Positions 1-8,141 of a stretch of DNA of 43,515 nucleotides are shown here, piece by piece. The position numbers were made by a program, and so were the translations under genes. The notes under the pieces are model-generated. The model made no database searches. It worked only from the letters and a program-made list of their open reading frames with translations, and was not told the origin of the DNA. Positions within the stretch are counted from its first letter, which is position 1; every line of letters begins with the position of its first letter. The stretch is from an archaeon (GTDB taxonomy: Archaea > Nanobdellota > Nanobdellia > Woesearchaeales > UBA9642), in NCBI GenBank assembly GCA_043806035.1, contig JAZDHK010000041.1, positions 1 to 43,515 on the forward strand. Reading direction: 5' to 3'.

Positions 1-5
1 AGAGG

Positions 6-272
6 TTACCTGAGCTTTGCGGCCACAGCCTTGCCTAGCCTTGTTTTTTGGTACAATCTGCCTGTCCTAGCTTTCGGATTGGCTACCTTGACAAGACACT
101 CGTCTGATAGCTCCCTGAGTGCCCTAGAAACGAGCGTAAGGTTCGTATTGCCTTTGCCCCTGAAAACTGTTTCTGCTATCTCGGAGGGCATGATTGGCTT
201 GTCTACTGCGAGAAAGACCTTCTGCCTGTTCTTGCCTCTTTTCACGTAGGAAATGGCATTTAACAAAGACAT
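6..272 (-). CDS. ArsR-like winged-helix transcriptional regulator
   Basis: 88 aa with PSEIAE...VSRALRELSDECLV...RTGRLY..T..G, the helix-turn-helix plus wing pattern of small archaeal wHTH proteins. Confidence 0.75.
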   Translation of the reverse strand: MSLLNAISYVKRGKNRQKVFLAVDKPIMPSEIAETVFRGKGNTNLTLVSRALRELSDECLVKVANPKARTGRLYQKTRLGKAVAAKLR

Positions 273-393
273 AGCGATTTATAAACAAATAGCCTATAAG
301 AAACATGATTGACAATTTATTAACAAATTATGAACAAAAGATTTATAATGCAAATAACCCCTGAGTGTCTTTAAACTTCACAGGGAGGAAACA

Positions 394-711
394 ATGGCAA
401 AAAGTTTAAGTCAACAAGAATACGTGAAATTAAACAAAGAAGACCAGAGGAATTACGTCAAAGAGTGGCACTGTGGCTGTAATGAGTGTGGCGAAAAGTG
501 GCATTATCTGGACAAAGTAGAAAAAGAAATGAATTCACAAATTGGTCTGAATGGGCTTCTGCAAGCTGGAAACTGTTGTAATCCATGTGTCGGCACAGCT
601 ACAAGCAATGCGAATACGCAGCTCAAAAAACAAGTTCACGAACTCAAACAATGCCCTAAGTGCAAGAGCGGCAATGTCACCTGTCAAGCAAGATACTTCA
701 AGAAACAATAA
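394..711 (+). CDS. Zn-ribbon protein with two CxxC knuckles separated by an insert
   Basis: CNECGEKW ... CPKCKS, plus an internal CCNPC. GGAGG Shine-Dalgarno just upstream of the ATG. Confidence 0.7.
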   Translation: MAKSLSQQEYVKLNKEDQRNYVKEWHCGCNECGEKWHYLDKVEKEMNSQIGLNGLLQAGNCCNPCVGTATSNANTQLKKQVHELKQCPKCKSGNVTCQARYFKKQ

Positions 712-943
712 TCCTCTTGTCTTATTCTCCATTTGGGGCATTAAGTCTATCTACAGAAGAATGATAAGTCCTTTGCGTAACAGGCGACGGTATACTGTAT
801 GTAGCTTCTATCCTTCCTGTTCAGAGTATGGAATACTCGCTCTAAAAAAATATGGCTTCTTTATCGGATGGTATAGAACAATAAAAAGAATAAAAAAATG
901 TACGACCTACAAACATAAAGATAGTTGTGTAGATTATCCTTGA
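674..943 (+). CDS. yidD: YidD-like (membrane protein insertion efficiency factor / haemolytic domain) protein
   Basis: IYRRMISP...CSFYPSCSEYGILALKKYGFFIG...IKRIKKC matches the YidD consensus. Start moved to the in-frame ATG at 674; the track start is 551. Confidence 0.7.
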   Translation: MSPVKQDTSRNNNPLVLFSIWGIKSIYRRMISPLRNRRRYTVCSFYPSCSEYGILALKKYGFFIGWYRTIKRIKKCTTYKHKDSCVDYP

Positions 944-1590
944 CCGATGCTATTAAGATAATGTACTAACTCGTGTAAAGAATTCTTTCCTTTGAAAAGA
1001 AACGGTGCTTTTCTTGGATCGAGAAAGTAGTACGGCTTGTTGTTTCTCACTTTCTTCTGAAATTCCTCTCTGCATAGCAGCTCCTTGCCTGTAATTCCAA
1101 TAATTACTGTGCTTGTATCAGTGTACTCTGAGCAAATCCCTGTCATGGAAGTCATAGCCCAAACGGTATAATCTGCTCTGAGCACTTGTCTGAGTTTTGC
1201 AAATGGAAGAGTGCCTGTCATGTCCATATCGAGCTCTCCTGTAAACTTGCCAATGTAATAGTCGGGTTCATCGAATTTTGATTTTACTTCTACAAATTTT
1301 GTTATGGGCTGGGTCTTGTGTCTCAAGCGAATGTCAAAAATACTTCTATCCAGGAATAATGGGTCTACGTCCCAGTCTGGAAGGTTAGTGCGTAGATACT
1401 GCCACACCCATAGCTCAGCCACTCTCTCCTCTATCCTATTCTGAAAAGGAACGTACTCCCCTACCGCTCTATATTGATCTTGCGTTCGTTCTATAGAAAG
1501 AGCAATTGTGGGATGGTACAGTTGGGGCAGTATTACCTGACCAATTCCTTGCTCAAAAACTACGTTCTTTACGTCTATATTTGCTTCCAT
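934..1590 (-). CDS. Putative PD-(D/E)XK restriction-endonuclease-like protein
   Basis: Helical E (RVAE) followed by FDIRL...FVEVKSK, i.e. E...D...ExK. Confidence 0.55.
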   Translation of the reverse strand: MEANIDVKNVVFEQGIGQVILPQLYHPTIALSIERTQDQYRAVGEYVPFQNRIEERVAELWVWQYLRTNLPDWDVDPLFLDRSIFDIRLRHKTQPITKFVEVKSKFDEPDYYIGKFTGELDMDMTGTLPFAKLRQVLRADYTVWAMTSMTGICSEYTDTSTVIIGITGKELLCREEFQKKVRNNKPYYFLDPRKAPFLFKGKNSLHELVHYLNSIGQG

Positions 1591-1652
1591 ACTCTATAAC
1601 CTCTGTTTGTTGTTTATATTTGGCGAAGCAGACCGCCCCGCCGACGAGAAAG

Positions 1653-1723
1653 GGCTCAAAAAAGAGCGAGAAATAGACTCTTTCTCAACCCTTGGAAAGA
1701 GGCTATTTTGAGCTTATTGAGCC
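1653..1723. repeat. Long imperfect inverted repeat between the divergent nuclease-like genes
   Basis: Nested stems ggctcaa/ttgagcc, aaatag/ctattt, ctctttc/gaaagag and caa/ttg around a ccc loop. Confidence 0.6.
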
Positions 1724-1883
1724 TATGAATTCCTTCATTTTTTACAGAAGTCTAATTTCTACGAAAACATGGCTTTATAAAATAAAGTCAAAATGAGCTT
1801 ATTATCGAAAAATAAGTCTTATTCAGGTAATATCGAAAAGCATATTAACCTAGACTATACCTTGTTCTAGCATAGGGGTCAGT

Positions 1884-2792
1884 ATGTCAAAACACGATGT
1901 TGCTTACAAGAAAGTCAAGACCATGGGAGACTTACCTGCTTTTCTTGCGTACTGGAGAGGTCAGCTAACACCCTTAGGGATATCTGAAATTCTAGACTCT
2001 CCGAACGGTACTGGAAATAGGGGAAGGTACTACATAGAGACTAGGCGTTCACAAACAAGGGGACGACATTTTTCTGTGGAAACAGTGGAATTAAGCGAAA
2101 TAGAAAGAATAGCAAAAGAAGAGGGGTACAACTTAACTAATCCAGATAAACTAAATGGGCAGATGATAAATACAATAGCTCGCCTCATAGAACGACTTGC
2201 GCTTAAGAAACTCATGCGAATTCTAGAGAAGTATAGTTCCTTTTTAAAGAAACCATTACTCTTATCTTGCTTCGATAAAGAACATGCGTTGTATGATATT
2301 TACATACCGTCTCTAGAGCTATTTATCAATGTGAAATCGCACAATGTTTATACTTCCAAAGTCTTTCAAACATTCAAAGACAGGGCTAATAGAACTGTGG
2401 CAATTGATCAGCCCGTTCTGTTCACGCATAACATTAATCCAGAAAAGCTCCATGTCTTAGATTTAATTGGTCAAACCAATGTGGATTTGAGGTATTGGTC
2501 ATTTCCGTTTGCTATTAACTATCCAGGATACAGGTATCATAAAACTCAGTATTTCGGTGACTCAGAAATATTAATCCCTGAGACAATTCAGGGGAGCTCG
2601 GAAGATGGAGATATTACTAATGTCAAAGATCTAGTAAAGGATATAAGCGAACAAGAGTTACTTGGGAGACTCTTTGCTGTTATAAAAGCTCATTCAATGA
2701 CAGAACGTGGATTCTTAGGCGAAATTCAACAACGCCTTGAGGGGATAAAGAAAAGTCATAAAAAGGGTAATGCATTCTGGGATTGTAGGTGA
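1884..2792 (+). CDS. Hypothetical protein, possible divergent PD-(D/E)XK nuclease
   Basis: 302-aa ORF with ARLIER...YDIYIPSLELFINVKS, a D...(N)xK variant of the motif. Confidence 0.45.
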   Translation: MSKHDVAYKKVKTMGDLPAFLAYWRGQLTPLGISEILDSPNGTGNRGRYYIETRRSQTRGRHFSVETVELSEIERIAKEEGYNLTNPDKLNGQMINTIARLIERLALKKLMRILEKYSSFLKKPLLLSCFDKEHALYDIYIPSLELFINVKSHNVYTSKVFQTFKDRANRTVAIDQPVLFTHNINPEKLHVLDLIGQTNVDLRYWSFPFAINYPGYRYHKTQYFGDSEILIPETIQGSSEDGDITNVKDLVKDISEQELLGRLFAVIKAHSMTERGFLGEIQQRLEGIKKSHKKGNAFWDCR

Positions 2793-2859
2793 TATCATGG
2801 AAGGTTCAGAAACTCCCCCTCGTCGGGGTTTTGGTAGCCTTCCGTCGACGAGAAGAGGA

Positions 2860-2883
2860 AGGGTTCAAATCCCTGCATCCCCA
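2860..2883 (+). repeat. tRNA 3'-end fragment (putative att site)
   Basis: aggg-TTCAAAT-ccct g CATCCCC A is a T-arm, acceptor 3' strand and discriminator. No matching 5' GGGGATG, D-arm or anticodon arm upstream. Confidence 0.7.
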
Positions 2884-2958
2884 TAACTGACCTCAGTTAG
2901 CACGGACGTGGATTCGTTGAACCCATTGATTTCTATGTAGTGGTTTTAATGCCATCTT

Positions 2959-3519
2959 TTACGCTTTATCACTTAAAACCGATGTATATTGTAAGGCCAA
3001 AAAAACGCTAAGCAGTGAAAAACATATCATGATAACGAATAACGTTTTGAAATTATAATACTGAACGATCAGCCCTCCTGCGAAAGCTGCTATGCTGGTG
3101 ATAATACACGTGAAAAAAATGTCCAAACCCCACTCTGACGAGTATTGCCCCTTATCCAAATAGTTTGAAAACAGCGATCTATACGCAGGAGTACCGAATG
3201 CTTCTCCTAATGCAAGCACTATTTGAATCACGTACAAGTGCCAGAGCCGAGCTGCGAACAGGTAACCCACCCAGCCTAGCGCTCTTAAAAAAAAGCCGAG
3301 AATCAAATATTTGCTCGTTTTCTTGAGATTATTCTCAAATTTTCTTATGAACAGCACGAATAATCCCACAGAAAGAATGTACACACCCCAAATGGCCCCA
3401 ACATTCACGATATGCGCATCAATTTGTTGGACATAGAGTGCATACAACGGTGCAAACAAATTAGCGCCTAACAAAAAGAATGAATTAATCAATAACAGCT
3501 TCTTAATCTGCTTGTGCAC
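2959..3519 (-). CDS. Half-size (6-TM) MFS-type transporter
   Basis: Hydrophobic helices; LFAPLYALY, LALGEAFGTPAYRSLF and AAFAGGLIVQYYNF are typical MFS half-repeat segments. Confidence 0.7.
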   Translation of the reverse strand: MHKQIKKLLLINSFFLLGANLFAPLYALYVQQIDAHIVNVGAIWGVYILSVGLFVLFIRKFENNLKKTSKYLILGFFLRALGWVGYLFAARLWHLYVIQIVLALGEAFGTPAYRSLFSNYLDKGQYSSEWGLDIFFTCIITSIAAFAGGLIVQYYNFKTLFVIMICFSLLSVFLALQYTSVLSDKA

Positions 3520-3575
3520 TACACGTCACACGTGGGCTTATTTTATTAATCTTGCTGTTTCGAAACGCGCATTCT

Positions 3576-3962
3576 TCATTTTAGCGCGTCGACCACTTTG
3601 TTATAGAGCCTTCGTGACTGCTGCGCAGACAATGTATCTCGCTGCATAGGATATATTAGCGGCAGTTCTTTCACGACCACATCCCTACTAAGGATAGTAT
3701 ACCACTCAAGCTCTTGCGTCCGCATGTGACCTGCAGGAGGATTCAGAGCCATGTTTGTATACGTGCCTTGACTATTCTGATACAGAAATGTCCACCCGTA
3801 CTGTTTGTCAGGCCACTCAACACTAACATATTTCATTTTCATTTCACTCAGGCCTCTCTCCACCTTTCGCGTAGGCGTGCTTTGTACCTTCTTCAGCAAG
3901 CCGGAGAGATCTTGCGCATACGCTGCGGATGCCAGGCAGAGCAAGAGGAGTGCAGTTCTCAT
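3576..3962 (-). CDS. Hypothetical secreted protein
   Basis: Signal peptide MRTALLLLCLASAAYA-Q; fills the gap between neighbouring genes. Confidence 0.5.
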   Translation of the reverse strand: MRTALLLLCLASAAYAQDLSGLLKKVQSTPTRKVERGLSEMKMKYVSVEWPDKQYGWTFLYQNSQGTYTNMALNPPAGHMRTQELEWYTILSRDVVVKELPLIYPMQRDTLSAQQSRRLYNKVVDALK

Positions 3963-4047
3963 AAGAGAAAGGAGTGTTTTGTCATTTATAACGCTTTGGG
4001 GAAATCTTTATATACAACCTCAACTGTTAACCACTCGAGAAGGGAGA

Positions 4048-4476
4048 ATGGGAAGTCATGACTTTAACAGGGAAATGGACCATTACCTAGCTAAGAGGAG
4101 GAAATCCATGGGAGAAGAACCCTACACGCAGCAGACACTCAAGAAGGAAGCAGAAGAGCTCGACAAGACAGAAGAGCACATGGAAGAACTGGAAGAAGAT
4201 GTGGTGGAAGAAACAGAAGAAAAAACCCAACAGGGAAATTTTATCACGCGGCTCTTCCAACGATTCACGGCCAAAGAGGACAGCGTCGAGGTAGAAGAGG
4301 GCGTTGAGGTTGTCGATGTTGCCCACGAACAGCTCGATGAAGATGTCCGCTTGGTGCTCAAGCTCAGCTACAACTGGCTTAGCTATCTGCCTAAATCAAA
4401 GCTTGACGCGTTCAAGGAAAGCCCTGACTTCGAAATCTATAAGGAAGTCCTGAAAAAGTACGGGCTGATTAAGTAA
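4048..4476 (+). CDS. Hypothetical acidic protein with helical C-terminal domain
   Basis: Start at ATG 4048 after ggaga, with a tttatata box at about 4008. Glu-rich middle; C-terminal LP..KL..FKES.DFE.YKEVLKKYGL. Confidence 0.6.
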   Translation: MGSHDFNREMDHYLAKRRKSMGEEPYTQQTLKKEAEELDKTEEHMEELEEDVVEETEEKTQQGNFITRLFQRFTAKEDSVEVEEGVEVVDVAHEQLDEDVRLVLKLSYNWLSYLPKSKLDAFKESPDFEIYKEVLKKYGLIK

Positions 4477-4507
4477 TATTTTTATTCTCTTTCTGATTTC
4501 TCCTGCC

Positions 4508-5266
4508 ATGAAGCTCCTCACCTATAATATTCTTGACGGTGGACGGGAAAGAACAGACATCCTGCAGCGCATCATTACTGGCCAACAACCAGACATCGTT
4601 GCCTTGCAGGAAGCGAACAATTTCTCTCCAGAACAGCTCGCTGCATGGAAAACGGCGCTTGGCATGCAGCACTACATCCTCGCACGAGGAGGGGAACAAA
4701 CAGAGAATGGCACGTATGATGTCGTCCTTTTCTCAAAACATCCTCTACATGAGGTCAAGGCACTGAAGTTGCGCAACGCAGCGGCATTCGGAGCAATCAC
4801 GTACAACAAAGAACTGTGCATAGGCAGCGTCCACCTCAGCCCGTACACAGAGGATGACAGAAAAAGCGAACTGGAACAGATACTCTCCGCAATTACGCAG
4901 TACAAGAACTGCATCCTTCTAGGAGATTTTAACTCACTCTCTCACACTGATGACTATGGCAATTCCTGGAAGAACTGGAGCGAGCGCAGGAAAAAACGAT
5001 TCATGACCAATGGCAGGATCAGACACACCATAACGAACATGCTTGCCAAGCACGGATTTGTCGATGTGGGAAACCATCTGCACAACCACGACCTGACCTA
5101 CAGAGAACAGGTGCGCATCGACTACGTTTTCGTCACCAAGCCACTCCTGCCGGACGTGAAAGCAATAACCGTCCTGAAGCATGCGGATACGGCAAAGGCA
5201 TCAGACCATTATCCTATCGTCGTCGAGTTTTCCTCGTCGTCTTCTCGTAAAAGCTCAACTTCCTGA
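4508..5266 (+). CDS. Endonuclease/exonuclease/phosphatase (EEP) family protein
   Basis: TYNI, PDIVALQE, VHLSP, LGDFNS, RIDYVFV and ASDHYPI motifs. Confidence 0.92.
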   Translation: MKLLTYNILDGGRERTDILQRIITGQQPDIVALQEANNFSPEQLAAWKTALGMQHYILARGGEQTENGTYDVVLFSKHPLHEVKALKLRNAAAFGAITYNKELCIGSVHLSPYTEDDRKSELEQILSAITQYKNCILLGDFNSLSHTDDYGNSWKNWSERRKKRFMTNGRIRHTITNMLAKHGFVDVGNHLHNHDLTYREQVRIDYVFVTKPLLPDVKAITVLKHADTAKASDHYPIVVEFSSSSSRKSSTS

Positions 5267-5570
5267 CGAGCTTGGTGAGATTCATCTTGACCTGCTCAAG
5301 ATGCACGTATATTCTGTACACGAGATAGAACAAGACGATGATGCTGCCGTACACGAACAAGTCCAGCCCTCGCGTTATGCCGACCGCATTGGCAATCTTT
5401 GTCGTCACGCCGGGAACGATGGCAACGCCGATGATGCCTGCCCACACGACGCACCAGAACACGAACTCTGTCGTGGACATGTTCTTCTTGCGAAATGCCA
5501 AGTACACTCTGCTCCAGGCGAACAAGGCGAAGATGATGATGATGACCTGAAAGGGCTCGATAAATGCCAT
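5214..5570 (-). CDS. DUF2304-like membrane protein
   Basis: Three TM helices, IANAVGITRGLDL, and C-terminal LTKLVRKLS. Confidence 0.8.
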   Translation of the reverse strand: MAFIEPFQVIIIIFALFAWSRVYLAFRKKNMSTTEFVFWCVVWAGIIGVAIVPGVTTKIANAVGITRGLDLFVYGSIIVLFYLVYRIYVHLEQVKMNLTKLVRKLSFYEKTTRKTRRR

Positions 5571-5713
5571 TTCCCCAGGAAGATGAAGACGATATAAAAA
5601 TATTGTGGCGAAAACGTCTATCCGCCATTAAAAACAAGGGCCGAAGCGGTTTCTTCAGTTTTCCGTATCAGCAAGCCACCGATTCCCGCAAAGAATTTAT
5701 AAAACAGTGAGGA

Positions 5714-7405
5714 ATGCGTACACTGATGACTGCCGAATATATTGAAACGCCTCTTCTCATCATAGGTAGCGGCATAGCAGGACTGCGAGCTGCCATCGAA
5801 GCGAGCAAGCAAGGAGTGCAGGTCATCATCATTACGAAGTCAAAAATCACTGATGCAAACACGTACTACGCGCAAGGCGGCATAACAGGAGTGGATCCTG
5901 GCCGTGTAAAGAGAGGAGAGGACAGCTACGAATCGCTCACCCGTAACACCTTGGCTGCAGGCGACGGAATTTGCGACAAGACAGTCGTTGACTATTTCAG
6001 CAAAAACTCCTTCGAGCCCATACAGTTCCTCCTGCAACACAACGTCCCTTTCTCAAAAGAAGCAGACCATTTCGTACTGCACCAGGAAGGAGGGCACGAC
6101 TTTCCAAGAATCTACTGCGTTGCGGACTACACAGGCAAGGCAATAGAAGAAACGCTTGCACAAACAGTCCTTGCGGACAACAACATCACCGTTTTCGAAT
6201 ATCATCAGGCCATAGCACTGCTGACAAAAGCAAAGCTTGGCTGTTCGGGAGAGAACAGATGCATAGGCGCACATGTCATAGACAGGAAATCGGGAATGGT
6301 GAAGACGTTCAAGGCAGATGCGATACTGCTCGCGACGGGTGGTGGGGGAAGAGTGTTCCAGTTCACGAGCAACCCCGACGATGCGACGGGGGACGGCATT
6401 GCCATGGCATATGCTGCAGGTGCCGTTATTGCGAACATGGAATTCTTTCAGTTTCATCCAACCGTATTCTATGAACCAGCGAACGCGGAGTCAAGCGACA
6501 GACGATTTTTGCTCACGGAAGCCCTGCGCGGGGCGGCGATGGGGGGCATCCTCACCACTACTCCATCATCAAAAGAGGACTTTGTGCTCAAGTACGATGC
6601 ACAGGGATCTCACGCGACCCGTGACAAGGTCTCGCGGGCAATCGATACAGAGATGAAACGTGCAGGGCTAAAGAACGTGTACCTCAACGTCACCACAGAC
6701 GTGACGAAAAAATCCGATGAATACATCAGAGAGCACTTTCCCAAAATATATGAGCACTGCATGAAGCGAGGAATAGATATCACCAAACAGCCAATACCCA
6801 TCATCCCTGCAGCACACTACACCTGCGGCGGCGTACTCGTCGACATGTCGGGGAAGACAAACATTCAGGGACTCTACGCGATTGGCGAGGTTGCCTGCAC
6901 GGGCCTGATGGGCGCTAACCGACTCGCATCAAACTCGCTCACGGAAGGAGCGCTTTTCGGGAAGCTCGCCGTGCAGGATGCTCTGCAGTTCAGCAAGACC
7001 AAAAATACGGAGTGTGTGCCGTTGTGGTCGACGGAAGGCATTGTCCAGCATGCAGACATGGCAACCGTCAACCAAATATGGGACATCACCAGAACGACCA
7101 TGATGAGCCTGTGCGGCATCGACAGAACGCAAGAGCGCTTACAGGCAGCGTGCGCGATCCTCGATAGCCTCGGCACGGCCGTCAACAGCATTTACTGGAA
7201 CTACTACCCTAATGACCAAATACTCGAGCTCAGGAATCTGCTGCAGACGGCAAAGCTGATCGTACACGCAGCGCTCTTCCGCAAAGAAAGCAGAGGCGGG
7301 CACTTCAGATCAGACTATCCTGCAAAAGATGCTGCTTTTGAGGGAATGACGATACTCGAGCAAGGCAAGGAACTCAGGATAGAGAAACTGCATTCTGAAC
7401 AATAG
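5714..7405 (+). CDS. nadB: L-aspartate oxidase
   Basis: IIGSGIAGL, NTYYAQGGI, EGGH..PRI, MEFFQFHPT, LLTEALRG, AHYTCGG, GANRLASNSL and RKESRGGHFRSDYP. Confidence 0.9.
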   Translation: MRTLMTAEYIETPLLIIGSGIAGLRAAIEASKQGVQVIIITKSKITDANTYYAQGGITGVDPGRVKRGEDSYESLTRNTLAAGDGICDKTVVDYFSKNSFEPIQFLLQHNVPFSKEADHFVLHQEGGHDFPRIYCVADYTGKAIEETLAQTVLADNNITVFEYHQAIALLTKAKLGCSGENRCIGAHVIDRKSGMVKTFKADAILLATGGGGRVFQFTSNPDDATGDGIAMAYAAGAVIANMEFFQFHPTVFYEPANAESSDRRFLLTEALRGAAMGGILTTTPSSKEDFVLKYDAQGSHATRDKVSRAIDTEMKRAGLKNVYLNVTTDVTKKSDEYIREHFPKIYEHCMKRGIDITKQPIPIIPAAHYTCGGVLVDMSGKTNIQGLYAIGEVACTGLMGANRLASNSLTEGALFGKLAVQDALQFSKTKNTECVPLWSTEGIVQHADMATVNQIWDITRTTMMSLCGIDRTQERLQAACAILDSLGTAVNSIYWNYYPNDQILELRNLLQTAKLIVHAALFRKESRGGHFRSDYPAKDAAFEGMTILEQGKELRIEKLHSEQ

Positions 7406-7406
7406 T

Positions 7407-7421
7407 CCGGGCGGGGCTATA
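7407..7421 (+). repeat. Direct repeat R1 (CCGGGCGGGGCTATA), tRNA-Gln-like 3' end
   Basis: Identical 15-mer at 8095-8109 and a 13-mer at 9525-9537. Archaeal tRNA-Gln genes typically end ...CGGGGCTA. Confidence 0.8.
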
Positions 7422-7503
7422 GTCCCTAAAGTGACATTCAAGGGTCTATTTTTCCGGTTCTTTTAGCGAAAAATATATAAATTTCATGATACTTATGGAT
7501 ATT

Positions 7504-7713
7504 ATGGCTACCACAATATCCATATCAACGGCACTGCGAGATAAACTAAAAAATCTTGGACGCACGGGCGAGTCGTACGAAGACGTCATTGCCAGGATGT
7601 ACGAAGCGACGCGAAAGAACCTCCTGCTCGCGTACCTCTATGACACGTCAGACTGTGTCAGCATCGACGAAGCATTGGCAGAAGCGAGAAAACGATGGCC
7701 AAAGTCACGATAA
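7504..7713 (+). CDS. RHH-like antitoxin
   Basis: MATTISISTALRDKLKNLGRTGESYEDVIARM is a strand-helix-helix pattern. Overlaps the downstream toxin-like gene. Confidence 0.75.
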   Translation: MATTISISTALRDKLKNLGRTGESYEDVIARMYEATRKNLLLAYLYDTSDCVSIDEALAEARKRWPKSR

Positions 7714-8033
7714 CATCTTCTTTACGAGAGGACATTCTCAAGAGGTTCAAGGGAGATGCAGAGAACATATTCTTGCGCATGAAATCGCTCGAGGCAGAGC
7801 CGCACAAAGGAAAAGCTCTTGCACATGTAGCTGAAATAGTCATCAAGGAGCTTAAACATGAAAAATATCGTTTCTATTTCATCACAGACGGCAGAGTCCT
7901 GAAATTCGGCACGGAAGATGAACTGGCAGCATTACTCATAAAGTTTGTTCGGATGTCTGAGAAGAAAGACCAACAAAAGGTCATTAACAGTATCAAAGCG
8001 GTACTGCAGTCGATGGGTTTCAACGGTTTCTGA
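7695..8033 (+). CDS. RelE/ParE-fold toxin-like protein
   Basis: KVTIT...LEAEPHKGKAL...IKELKHEKYRFYF; 112 aa directly downstream of a small antitoxin. Confidence 0.65.
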   Translation: MAKVTITSSLREDILKRFKGDAENIFLRMKSLEAEPHKGKALAHVAEIVIKELKHEKYRFYFITDGRVLKFGTEDELAALLIKFVRMSEKKDQQKVINSIKAVLQSMGFNGF

Positions 8034-8094
8034 TGCTGTCTGTGTTGTTGCACTAAGAAACGGAGTCCTCTTGACACGATGGCACCATCCACCG

Positions 8095-8109
8095 CCGGGC
8101 GGGGCTATA
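8095..8109 (+). repeat. Direct repeat R2, tRNA-Gln-like 3' end
   Basis: CCGGGCGGGGCTATA, identical to R1. Confidence 0.8.
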
Positions 8110-8141
8110 AACAGTTTTGTGACATCAGAGAGACCAAATTT

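Larger units (their letters stand above)
1..2883. mobile_element. Right-hand part of an AT-rich integrated element/genomic island ending at a tRNA 3' fragment
   Basis: Visibly more AT-rich than the core genes downstream. Cargo is a wHTH regulator, a Zn-ribbon protein and two nuclease-like ORFs. It ends at an isolated tRNA T-arm/acceptor 3' strand (2860-2883). No integrase and no left end in the window. Confidence 0.6.
7422..8094. mobile_element. Mini-cassette 1 (TA module) between R1 and R2
   Basis: Bounded by direct repeats. GTGACAT box at 7431-7437; degenerate inverse box ATGGCAC at 8079-8085. Confidence 0.6.

Noticed and set aside
1631-1644. Reverse-strand GGCGGGGC resembling the R1-R3 core
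   Set aside because: Only 8 nt match, and the CTA end and GTGACAT box are missing.
2825-2883. Complete tRNA gene
   Set aside because: The upstream GGGGTTT pairs poorly with CATCCCC, the span is too short, and no D or anticodon arm forms.
5600-5713. Riboswitch upstream of nadB
   Set aside because: Only a short tggcg/cgcca stem is present, and a TATA-like box just before the gene leaves little room for a leader RNA.
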